In this document: positions 9,165 through 17,342 of the stretch, piece by piece
Position numbering within the stretch: position 1 is the stretch's first letter
Layout: each line of letters starts with the position of its first letter
Assembly (NCBI GenBank): GCA_046754105.1
Contig: JBHHVD010000063.1
Coordinates: forward strand, 1 to 20,077
Reading direction: 5' to 3'
Source: Candidatus Krumholzibacteriia bacterium
GTDB taxonomy: Bacteria; Krumholzibacteriota; Krumholzibacteriia; WVZY01
DNA: 20,077 nt
Notes under the pieces: model-generated
Told to the model about the DNA's origin: nothing
Database searches by the model: none
What the model saw: only the letters and a program-made list of their open reading frames with translations
Position numbers and translations under genes: made by a program

Positions 9165-10427
9165 CTAGCCGGCGTTGTCCCGCACGCCGCCCCGGATCCG
9201 CCCCGCGCCCCGGATGAGGACCTTTTCGATCCGCTGCCCGACGACCGAATCGATACGGAACTCGAGTTCGCCGCGCAAGAAAACCTCGCCCACGCGGGGC
9301 ACCCGGCCGATCATTTCGTACAGCAATCCGCCCAGCGTGTCAACGTCGCCCTCGGGCAGGTCCAGGCCCAGCGCCTCGTTGAGGTCGTCGAGGCGGACGC
9401 GGGCATCGCACAGTACCGTGTCGTCGTCCTGCCGCTGGATCAGCTCTTCCTCGGCGTCGAACTCATCCTGGATATCCCCCACCAACTCTTCCAGAACGTC
9501 CTCCAGTGTGATCAATCCAGCCGTGCCGCCGTACTCATCCACAACGATAGCGATATGTATCTTGCGCTTCTTGAACTCGGACAAGAGCTCATCGATCATC
9601 TTGCTCTCCGGCACAAAATACGCGTCGCGCATGATGTCGCTCAGCAAGACCTCTTCGCCGCCCACCGTCTTGTTCAGGAGATCCTTGGTGTGGATGACGC
9701 CGACGATCTTGTCGATGCTCTCGTCGAACACCGGCACCCGCGAGTGTCCTCCCTCGATGATGACGCCCAGAGCTTCGGCCGGTCCCGTGTTGATATTCAC
9801 GGCTACCATGTCTATGCGGGGGATCATCACCTCCCGTACGCGCGTGTCACCGAAATCGAAGACGCTCGACATCAGGTTCTGCTCGTCGGTGTCTTCGTCA
9901 CCGCTCTTGTACCCGAACAGCTCGATGCGGCGCTTGAACGGCAGCACCGGAAAGGCGAGCGTATCGAGCATCCGCGGGGCGGCACGGCCCAGAATCGCCA
10001 TGAACGGGTAGACGAGAGGCTTCAAGACGTAAATGACCGGGTACGTAAGATAGCGGCAGGCCTGCAGGAACTTTTCCGGGGCCCGCACCGCGGCCAGGTT
10101 GGACACAACGACCGGCACGAACAGGGCGCCGAGCACCGTCACCAGGGCCCCGGCGGCCGCCGGTCCGGACACCCGGGCGGAAGCTGCGTAATACGACGTG
10201 GCGAGGACCGCGACGAGCGCCAGCGCCCTCCCCAGGGCCAGCGAGAAATAGTTCGAAACGGGGTTGTCGAACAGCCTGTCCAGGAAGCGGTGACCCGCAC
10301 CGGCGTCGCCGTTTCTCTCTGGGCGCGCGTAGGCGAGCAGCTGCAGGGCCACGCACGTCCCGTGCAGGGTCGCGAGGGCCACCATTGAGAGCATGAGTAA
10401 GGCCAGATCAGCTTTCATCAATCGCAC
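9165..10427 (-). CDS. HlyC/CorC-family protein (degenerate CNNM/DUF21 TM domain + CBS pair + CorC_HlyC domain)
   Basis: VREVMIPRIDM, HSRVPV, FVPESK, VVDEYGGTAGLITLEDVLEELVGDIQDEFD, DTLGG. Start GTG 10427 or ATG 10418 is uncertain. Confidence 0.92.
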   Translation of the reverse strand: MRLMKADLALLMLSMVALATLHGTCVALQLLAYARPERNGDAGAGHRFLDRLFDNPVSNYFSLALGRALALVAVLATSYYAASARVSGPAAAGALVTVLGALFVPVVVSNLAAVRAPEKFLQACRYLTYPVIYVLKPLVYPFMAILGRAAPRMLDTLAFPVLPFKRRIELFGYKSGDEDTDEQNLMSSVFDFGDTRVREVMIPRIDMVAVNINTGPAEALGVIIEGGHSRVPVFDESIDKIVGVIHTKDLLNKTVGGEEVLLSDIMRDAYFVPESKMIDELLSEFKKRKIHIAIVVDEYGGTAGLITLEDVLEELVGDIQDEFDAEEELIQRQDDDTVLCDARVRLDDLNEALGLDLPEGDVDTLGGLLYEMIGRVPRVGEVFLRGELEFRIDSVVGQRIEKVLIRGAGRIRGGVRDNAG

Positions 10428-10445
10428 GAACCGACTCGGGAACGC

Positions 10446-10922
10446 CTAGAACAACTCCTCGACGTTTTCGGAAGCGAGATGTTCGAGCAGTATCCGTCTC
10501 TCCTCCCCTTCCATTATCTCCGCCTCGGTATCGGTCCCGTGGTCGTAGCCCAGGACGTGCAGCAGACCATGGACGCCGATTCGCAGGAAGAGACTGTCGA
10601 GTTCGATCCCCTGTGCTTTCGCCTCCTTTTGGAGCGTCTCGCTGGAAATATAAACCTCGCCCGCGAGGTTGTCACGCGCTGGCGAGGGCTCCGGCAACGC
10701 GTCTGTACTTTCAATGTATGAGAATGAGATTACATCGGTGGGCCGGTCGATCCCGCGAAATTCGCGGTTGATCTTGCGGATAAAAGCGTCGTCGGTGAGT
10801 ATGACGTCCACGCACGCGTCCAGCGGCTCGAGCCCGGCGGCGATCTTTTGCAAAGTCTTCCAAGCCCCGGCCTGCGGCCGCGGCGTCTTACTTGCTTGCG
10901 ACCGGTTTAATGACAGCTTCAC
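10446..10922 (-). CDS. ybeY: rRNA maturation factor YbeY
   Basis: NREFRGIDRPTDVISF and HGLLHVLGYDH (H3xH5xH) zinc motif. Start overlaps the upstream gene by 35 nt. Confidence 0.95.
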   Translation of the reverse strand: MKLSLNRSQASKTPRPQAGAWKTLQKIAAGLEPLDACVDVILTDDAFIRKINREFRGIDRPTDVISFSYIESTDALPEPSPARDNLAGEVYISSETLQKEAKAQGIELDSLFLRIGVHGLLHVLGYDHGTDTEAEIMEGEERRILLEHLASENVEELF

Positions 10923-13167
10923 GCCCTTCGTCTTCCTCCTTATCCTGGCCGGGGTAGGCGACGCGCTTGTGGTAGATGCCCGTTAGAATCGAAGTGAACT
11001 TTTCCCGGATGGTCGCCAGGTCGTTCAGCGTCAGGCCGCTATCGTCCAGCTCTCCGTCCTGGGCGCGGGTCGTGATGAGTTTCGACACCATGTTGCGAAC
11101 GTGGGCCGGAGTGGGGTCGGCGATCGAGCGGCACGCGGGCTCGACGGTGTCGGCGAGCATGAGCACAGCCGCTTCCTTGCTCTGCGGCCGCGGGCCGGGA
11201 TAGCGGAAATCGTCCTTGTTCACGCTGGAGTGCGAATCGGTCTCCAGGGCCTTCTGGTAGAAAAAGGCCATTACGGTCGTTCCGTGATGCTGTTTGATCG
11301 CGTTAATTATCATATCCGGCAGCTTTTCTTCCCGGGCCAGCTCCACGCCGTCCTTGACGTGTGAGAGCAGGATAAGACTGCTCATCTTCGGTGTGATCTT
11401 CTCGTGCTTGTTGAAGCCCGATTCCTGGTTTTCCACGTAGTACTCCGGCTTGAAGATCTTGCCGATATCGTGGTAGTACGCCATCACCCTTGCCTTGAGC
11501 GGGTCGGCCCCCACGTCGGCGGCGACGGCGTCGACCAGACTGCCGAGCAGCATCGAGTGGTGGTAGGTTCCCGGTGCCTCCATGTTTAGCCGCTTCAGGA
11601 TCGGTTTGTTGAGGTCGGTTAGCTCGAGCAGCGTAAAGCGGGTCGTCGTGTTGAACACGCCCTCGAAAATCGGCAGCAGGAACATCGCCGACAGAGTGGA
11701 AAAGAGCCCGTTCCCCAGCGACCACAGGAGTTCCCTGGACAGGTCGCTGAAACTCTCCATCTGGCCGAGCTCGCTGCCCAGCACACCGACGACGTAGGCG
11801 GCCACGACCAGGAGGAACGCCGAGTAGAAATGGCTTCTCGAACGCATCCTGAGCAAGCCCAGCACCGCCATCGACCCCGCCAGCAGCGAGACAAAAGTCA
11901 ATTCCGCGGGCAGGCTGGTCACGAGCGGCAAGATGAAACAGGCGAACACCGTTGTCACCAGCCCCATGCGGTAGCTGAAAAGGGCGGTCATCATCATGGC
12001 GACGAAGGCCACGGGGACCAGATACTGGCTCAGCGCAAACCGCACCACGACCGCCACGAACACCAGGTAGATGAGGAGTACGCTGAGAACGGTGACCAGC
12101 TTCAACATGTCCCGGTACACGGCGCGGTGGAAGACAAAGATATATCCACCGAAGAGAAGGCCGAAAGCGAGCAGCCTCAAAACCTCCGCTGTGTAAAGCA
12201 ACAGGACCAACAGCGGTGACTGCTCCGTCTCGCTGCTCGCGCGCGCCTCTTCGAGCGCGGCAAGCATCTTCTCCTGCTCGACGGTGACCTTGTCGTGATT
12301 GCCGATGATACGCTGGTTCTTGGACACGCGGATCGTCTTGGTCACCTTGTTCACCGCCTCGGTGCGCCGCTTCTCCGTCTCCGCTTCGTCCAGCATCAGG
12401 TTGGGGAGCGCGTGACCACGGACGATCTCGTAGAACACCTGCGCGCGCGTGCGGTCCTTCGGAAACTTTGAGAACCCCTGCCGCCTGATAACCTGGTCGA
12501 CTTCGCCCTGGTCGACGATATTACGGACCGGCATCAGCGACTCGTCGCCGCCGTCGAGCACGGTAATCGAGGTCACGCTCCGCCGGCGCAGCGGGCCGGC
12601 GTTATCCAGCAAACCGGCTTCGAAGATTTTTTTCTGGCTTTCGACCGCAGCCTTGGCCACGCGTGAGAACGCCGTGGAACCGATGAACTCCCGCACCATC
12701 TTGGGCGACAGATCCGGCACCAACTCCGCCGTCGCCGTCAGCTTTGCTTCCTTGGTCAACGAATCCGCGTGGATAATGATAGAGACGCTGTCCAACAGAC
12801 TCTGCAAGCCCGCGGCGAGGTCCCGCTCGACCGTGTTGTCCTTTACGTAGACCGGCGGCACCTTGGTTGCCGCCTGGGCCCGCTCGAAGCTCAAGGCCTC
12901 GGCCGATCTCGGGACGTCGAAGTCGAACGGCGCGATGATGTCGCGGTCGGCAATCTCGCCCGCTTTGAAGATGACCTCCTGGCCCCGCTTCGACGGTGGG
13001 AACAGTAGAATCGTCGCCGCGACGAACGCCAGCAGCAACCCCGCCCGGGGAGAAAGACCCTTGTACACGTCCCTCTTCAGGCGCAGGTGCCGCGTGAATC
13101 GCCACGCGCGCCTCGTTCGGGAGTGGTTCTTCCTCCGGCGAAGGATATTCCAGGGTACGATCTTCAT
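10888..13167 (-). CDS. pgpH: 7TM-HD (HDIG) membrane phosphohydrolase, PgpH/YqfF family, probable c-di-AMP phosphodiesterase
   Basis: N-terminal TM, large extracytoplasmic domain (IADRDIIAP), seven further TM segments, EAPGTYHHS, YYHDIGK, HHGT, FRYPGPRPQSKE, MLADTVE, C-terminal RVAYP. Lies between phoH and ybeY as in Bacillus. Confidence 0.88.
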   Translation of the reverse strand: MKIVPWNILRRRKNHSRTRRAWRFTRHLRLKRDVYKGLSPRAGLLLAFVAATILLFPPSKRGQEVIFKAGEIADRDIIAPFDFDVPRSAEALSFERAQAATKVPPVYVKDNTVERDLAAGLQSLLDSVSIIIHADSLTKEAKLTATAELVPDLSPKMVREFIGSTAFSRVAKAAVESQKKIFEAGLLDNAGPLRRRSVTSITVLDGGDESLMPVRNIVDQGEVDQVIRRQGFSKFPKDRTRAQVFYEIVRGHALPNLMLDEAETEKRRTEAVNKVTKTIRVSKNQRIIGNHDKVTVEQEKMLAALEEARASSETEQSPLLVLLLYTAEVLRLLAFGLLFGGYIFVFHRAVYRDMLKLVTVLSVLLIYLVFVAVVVRFALSQYLVPVAFVAMMMTALFSYRMGLVTTVFACFILPLVTSLPAELTFVSLLAGSMAVLGLLRMRSRSHFYSAFLLVVAAYVVGVLGSELGQMESFSDLSRELLWSLGNGLFSTLSAMFLLPIFEGVFNTTTRFTLLELTDLNKPILKRLNMEAPGTYHHSMLLGSLVDAVAADVGADPLKARVMAYYHDIGKIFKPEYYVENQESGFNKHEKITPKMSSLILLSHVKDGVELAREEKLPDMIINAIKQHHGTTVMAFFYQKALETDSHSSVNKDDFRYPGPRPQSKEAAVLMLADTVEPACRSIADPTPAHVRNMVSKLITTRAQDGELDDSGLTLNDLATIREKFTSILTGIYHKRVAYPGQDKEEDEGREAVIKPVASK

Positions 13168-14174
13168 GATTTGTCCCGGTTGTCTCCGTTTCGCGAAAAA
13201 GCATTGATGATGCGCTGCACGAGCCTGTGTCTTACCACGTCCTCTTCACTCATGTACACGAACTTGATTCCATCCACCGAAGACAGAATGTTCTGGGCCT
13301 CGACGAGCCCCGATTTCGACTGCGGGTCGAGATCGATCTGGGTGATGTCACCGTTCACGATCGCCTTCGCGTTGTTGCCCAGCCGCGTCAGAAACATCTT
13401 CATTTGCATCCGGGTCGTGTTCTGCGCTTCGTCGAGAATCACGTAGGCGTTGCTCAGAGTACGTCCCCTCATGTACGCCAGCGGCGCAATCTCGATCGTG
13501 CCGTTGTCCTGGTACTTGGCCGTGCGCTCGGCTCCCAGCATATCATAGAGCGCGTCGAGAACCGGCCGCATATACGGGTCGAGTTTCGCCTGGAAATCCC
13601 CTGGCAGAAACCCCAGGCTCTCCCCCGCCTCCACCACCGGCCGCACCAGTACGATGCGGTCGATTTCTTTGCGCTTCAACGCCGCCACCGCGCTGGCCAC
13701 GGCGAGATAAGTCTTACCCGTGCCGGCCGGCCCGATGGCGAATACAATATCGTAACCGGCGATCGCGTCCAGGTATTCCTTCTGGTGAAGGGACCTGGGG
13801 CGGATCGACTGGCCGCCGCGGGTGACCACGGCCACCTCGGCATCGAGATTGGGGTAGCCACCGTTGTGCTTCTCGCCACCTCCGCCCAGCGCGTAGCGAA
13901 AATCCTGTTCCGTAATCACGTGCTTCTTCCCCGCCATCTCGATCAGCCCGCCAAAAAAATCCGTCAGATCCCGGATCTCCCGGTCGGAGCCCTGGAGAAT
14001 AATCTCATCGCCGCGCACGACGACACGCCCGGGGTAGCGCTCCTCCAGAATGCCCAGGTGACATTCCCGCTCGCCGAAGAGCCTGAGTGGATCGACGCCC
14101 GCGAACGAGAGTACGCGTTTCTTGACTTTCAAACTCGATGGACCTCCCTTATTCCTCGCACCCTTCCTGGGCAT
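13164..14174 (-). CDS. phoH: PhoH-family ATPase (YbeZ/PhoL type)
   Basis: GPAGTGKT, RPVVEAGESLGFLPGD, LAYMRGRTL, ILDEAQN, GDITQIDL, DVVRH. SD AGGAG upstream of the ATG. Confidence 0.96.
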   Translation of the reverse strand: MPRKGARNKGGPSSLKVKKRVLSFAGVDPLRLFGERECHLGILEERYPGRVVVRGDEIILQGSDREIRDLTDFFGGLIEMAGKKHVITEQDFRYALGGGGEKHNGGYPNLDAEVAVVTRGGQSIRPRSLHQKEYLDAIAGYDIVFAIGPAGTGKTYLAVASAVAALKRKEIDRIVLVRPVVEAGESLGFLPGDFQAKLDPYMRPVLDALYDMLGAERTAKYQDNGTIEIAPLAYMRGRTLSNAYVILDEAQNTTRMQMKMFLTRLGNNAKAIVNGDITQIDLDPQSKSGLVEAQNILSSVDGIKFVYMSEEDVVRHRLVQRIINAFSRNGDNRDKS

Positions 14175-14206
14175 CGTCTCCTGAACCGGGCCTCAAGTAG
14201 CAGCAA

Positions 14207-14226
14207 AGGGATTCCTCGGAATCCCT
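14207..14226. repeat. Perfect 9-bp inverted repeat AGGGATTCC-TC-GGAATCCCT
   Basis: Seen directly, about 32 nt upstream of the phoH ATG. Confidence 0.7.
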
Positions 14227-14276
14227 AAAAAATCAAAACTCCTGGAAAAAGGCCACTTAGCCGTCTTCCAAGAGCC
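14227..14276 (-). terminator. Terminator/attenuator-like hairpin in the phoH leader
   Basis: Minus strand GGCUCUUGGAAGA-C-GGCU AAGU GGCC-U-UUUUCCAGGAGUU (17 bp, one mismatch, several G-U) followed by UUGAUUUUUU. Confidence 0.45.
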
Positions 14277-14331
14277 TCCACAATGCATGTTGGCTAGTTT
14301 TTCATGCCCCTCTCCACGGGTGCTTATACAA

Positions 14332-14360
14332 ATAATAGGCCAAATCCGGGGGCCGTGCAA
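14332..14360 (-). promoter_or_regulatory. Sigma70-like promoter for the phoH-pgpH-ybeY operon
   Basis: TTGCAC (14360-14355), 17 nt, TATTAT (14337-14332) in an AT-rich intergenic tract. Confidence 0.55.
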
Positions 14361-14513
14361 ACTTTCCTCCGGCCGGCAGATACAACCAATTGTCACATAA
14401 TGAGATACAACATTTCCCGCGCTGCCCACCGGGCCCGGGGTCCGCGAGCATCGCTACGCGGCATGGCGTCCGGCGGCTTGGGTCGCCGTATTTTGAGAAC
14501 TCGGGGAGCCGGG

Positions 14514-15053
14514 CTAGTCCGTGGGAAAGTCGCGGGGAATGACGAGGACTGTATCGGGAAAAATGTAGTAGGGATCGAAGATCTTGTCCTTATTCGCATC
14601 GAAAATCCGCTCCCACTTGTCGATGTCGTTGTAAATCTCGTCGCGCATGGCGATGCTGGTCAGCGACTCACCGTCCTTGATCACCCAGGTGGTGGGGAGG
14701 CTCTTGACCTGCTTTATCTGGTCGTTCAAGGAACGGATCTCCGCCTCCAGACGCCGCACCTCCGCCTCGATGGGAATGATCCGCTGCCGGATCGAAACGG
14801 TCAGGTCCTTGGCCTCCTGGACGGCGATCGTCTTCTCTTCGAAATCCTGCTGGGCCAGGCCCAGCTCTCTTTCCAGGTCCGCGCAATAGGCGCCCTTGCG
14901 CCCGTCGGGCAGCATCTCGTACTCGTCCTCGGAATAGTACTCACCGGCGCCGACGTTGACCTGGCGGAACTTGCCCCCACCGCAACCCAACAGCGCCAGC
15001 TGTATGCCCAACGCCAGCAGCGCGATACCCGTCAGCGCCCATCGTTTCATCAT
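14514..15053 (-). CDS. Lipoprotein with coiled coil and C-terminal LysM domain
   Basis: Signal MMKRW-hydrophobic-LLG|C lipobox; heptad region LERELGLAQQDFEE...IEAEVRRLEAEIRSLNDQI; LysM WVIKDGESLTSIA...W..IFDANKDKIFDPYYIFPDTVLVIP. Confidence 0.88.
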   Translation of the reverse strand: MMKRWALTGIALLALGIQLALLGCGGGKFRQVNVGAGEYYSEDEYEMLPDGRKGAYCADLERELGLAQQDFEEKTIAVQEAKDLTVSIRQRIIPIEAEVRRLEAEIRSLNDQIKQVKSLPTTWVIKDGESLTSIAMRDEIYNDIDKWERIFDANKDKIFDPYYIFPDTVLVIPRDFPTD

Positions 15054-15430
15054 CCATCATCCCTTTGGAACGGCGTCTCGGGTTCGGACTGCCGTGCCTG
15101 GCTGCCCGGCTGCGGGGTTTCTTCCTCCGGCTGCGGTTCCAGCCGGCCGCTCGCCTTCTTCAAACGCTCCAGCTCCGCAATGAGCACTGGAGGTTCGGCC
15201 TGGCGCTCGGCGAGCCGCTCTTCCCACCCGGCCAGGTCGGCCTGCGCCTTGGCCAGCTTTTCCCGCGCTTGCGCCAGAATGACGTCGAGGTCACGCGAAT
15301 CGGACTTCATCTCCTCGATGGCGATGGGCGATATGTTGCAGACCCTGGGCGCACTGCTGCACCCGAGAAACGCAACCAGCGCGCCGGAAATGAAGGCGCG
15401 CGTCAATGTCCTCTGTACTTTGATTCCCAA
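15050..15430 (-). CDS. Small coiled-coil lipoprotein, hypothetical (126 aa)
   Basis: TTG 15430 lies 8 nt after SD AGGAG; lipobox FLG|CSS; heptad region IEEMKSDSRDLDVILAQAREKLAKAQADLAGWEERL; stop overlaps the LysM gene start (ATGA). The ORF-track start at 15505 is the TTG of a -35 box. Confidence 0.8.
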   Translation of the reverse strand: MGIKVQRTLTRAFISGALVAFLGCSSAPRVCNISPIAIEEMKSDSRDLDVILAQAREKLAKAQADLAGWEERLAERQAEPPVLIAELERLKKASGRLEPQPEEETPQPGSQARQSEPETPFQRDDG

Positions 15431-15476
15431 CCGATAGACTCCTGTAAAGCGGGGTGCGCTCGTTAAAGCGTTGTGT

Positions 15477-15505
15477 AAGTTAGCAATCCCACCCCCGACT
15501 GTCAA
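15477..15505 (-). promoter_or_regulatory. Sigma70-type promoter for the lipoprotein pair
   Basis: TTGACA (15505-15500), 17 nt, TAACTT (15482-15477), with extended TGn. Confidence 0.7.
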
Positions 15506-15551
15506 GGCGATTCTGCGGCGGTCCGTCGCCCGACCGCGGCGTACCGGTGCG

Positions 15552-17339
15552 TCATTTCTTCTTCTTGATCTGGATGCCGAGTTCGTCGAGCTGCTCGCGG
15601 TCGACGGGCGACGGCGCCTCGTCCATCAATGAGGTCGCCTTCTGAGTCTTCGGAAATGCGATAACGTCACGAATCGAGTCGCCACCGGTGAGGATCATGG
15701 CGATGCGGTCCATACCGGGCGCGATGCCCCCATGCGGCGGCGCGCCGAACTCGAGCGCGTCAAGGAGAAACCCGAAACGCCGCGCGGCTTCCTCTTTGGA
15801 AATCCCGGCCACCGCCATGATGCGTTCCTGCAGCTCGCGGTTGTGCACCCGGATGCTGCCCGACGCCAGCTCGACACCGTTGCACACCAGGTCGTACAGG
15901 TGCGCGTGCACCTTCAGGGGGTCCGTTTCGAGCAGGGGCAGGTCCTCCTCGTGGGGCATGGAGAAGAGATGGTGCGACGGGGAGAGCGCCTGGCGCTCCT
16001 CGTCCCATTCGTAGAGCGGGAAGTCGTTTACCCACAGGAATTCGAAGCGGTCGTCGTATGTCATTTGCAGGTCCTTCGCCGCTTGCACGCGAAGCGCGCC
16101 GAGGATCGCGGACGCGGCTGCGGCGGGGCCGATGACCGCGACGAGCATGTCGCCGTCCCCCATACCGGTTCGCTCGATGACCCCTCCGGCGACGTCATCG
16201 CCGATGATCCTGGCGACGGGACCCTTCAGCCGGCCCGACTGGTATTTCAAATGGACCAGTCCGCCGGCGCCTTTGGATTTGGCCAGCGCCTCGAGCTCAT
16301 CCACGGCCCTTTTTGCGAGGCCCGCACCACCCGGCACCACGAAGCCCCGTACGGATTCGCCGCGCGCGAACGCTTCGCTCATTATCTTGAACTCGGTGCC
16401 TTCAAACGCCTCGTCGAGCGTCTGCAGCTCCATACCTATCCTCGTGTCCGGCTTGTCGGTGCCGAACCGCAGCATCGCCTGCTCGTGGGAGAGAACGGGG
16501 AACGGGGTCTTCAACTCGATACCGCGGCCGGCGCGGAAGATCTCGGTCATCAGGTCTTCTACCAGCGCGAAGACGTCCGGCTCGCGGACGAAGCTCATTT
16601 CGATATCGATCTGGGTGTGCTCCGGCTGACGGTCGGCCCGCAGATCCTCGTCGCGCATGCAGCGCGCCAGCTGAAAGTAACGGTCGAATCCCGCTACCAT
16701 GAGAATCTGCTTGTAGAGCTGCGGACTCTGCGGCAACGCGTAAAAACTCCCTGGGTGCAGGCGGCTGGGGACCAGGTAGTCGCGTGCTCCCTCGGGTGTG
16801 CGGCGCACGAGCATCGGCGTTTCGATTTCCAGGAATCCGCGTTGCGAGAGAAAATTTCGGGCGGCGAGTATGACCCGGTGGCGGAGGGCGAGGTTATCCT
16901 GCATCGGGCCACGCCTCAGATCCAGGTAACGGTATTTCAACCGCAGGTCCTCGCCGGCATTACAGTCGTCGGTGATCACGAACGGCGGCACCTTGGAATC
17001 GTTGAGCAGGTAGAACTTCTCCACCGCTACCTCCACACAGCCGGTCTCCATATCATCGCGCACCATTGCCTGCGGACGCTTCTGCACGACGCCCTCGCAG
17101 GCCACGACGTCCTCCATGCCGAGGTTGCCGGACACCTCGCCCAGGTCGCCGCGCCGCGGATCCACCAGCAGTTGGATCATCCCGTAGCGGTCCCTCAGAT
17201 CCACGAAACGCAGTCCACCGAGGTTGCGAACCCGCGCCACCCACCCCATGAGCCCTACCCGCGTGCCAACGTCCGCCTCGCCCGGGTCGGCGCAGGTGTG
17301 GGTTCGAGAGAACGGGATTACAAAATGTCTGATATCCAT
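15552..17339 (-). CDS. aspS: Aspartate--tRNA ligase (probably discriminating type)
   Basis: RTHTC, FVDLRDRYG, RLKYRYLDLRR, TPEGARDYLVPSR, ALPQSPQLYKQ, RDEDLRADRQPE, GAPPHGGIAPGMDR. RNLGG has Leu where non-discriminating bacterial enzymes usually have His. Confidence 0.98.
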   Translation of the reverse strand: MDIRHFVIPFSRTHTCADPGEADVGTRVGLMGWVARVRNLGGLRFVDLRDRYGMIQLLVDPRRGDLGEVSGNLGMEDVVACEGVVQKRPQAMVRDDMETGCVEVAVEKFYLLNDSKVPPFVITDDCNAGEDLRLKYRYLDLRRGPMQDNLALRHRVILAARNFLSQRGFLEIETPMLVRRTPEGARDYLVPSRLHPGSFYALPQSPQLYKQILMVAGFDRYFQLARCMRDEDLRADRQPEHTQIDIEMSFVREPDVFALVEDLMTEIFRAGRGIELKTPFPVLSHEQAMLRFGTDKPDTRIGMELQTLDEAFEGTEFKIMSEAFARGESVRGFVVPGGAGLAKRAVDELEALAKSKGAGGLVHLKYQSGRLKGPVARIIGDDVAGGVIERTGMGDGDMLVAVIGPAAAASAILGALRVQAAKDLQMTYDDRFEFLWVNDFPLYEWDEERQALSPSHHLFSMPHEEDLPLLETDPLKVHAHLYDLVCNGVELASGSIRVHNRELQERIMAVAGISKEEAARRFGFLLDALEFGAPPHGGIAPGMDRIAMILTGGDSIRDVIAFPKTQKATSLMDEAPSPVDREQLDELGIQIKKKK

Positions 17340-17342
17340 CGA

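Noticed and set aside
14327..14343. Sigma54-like TTGGCCTATTATTTGTA (GG-N10-GT)
   Set aside because: Lacks the conserved -12 GC and the CAC after GG. The same bases are better explained by a sigma70 -10 with a 17-nt spacer.
14390..14400. TGTCAC as a Pho box upstream of phoH
   Set aside because: Only one half-site with no 11-bp tandem repeat, and this is the YbeZ-type PhoH.
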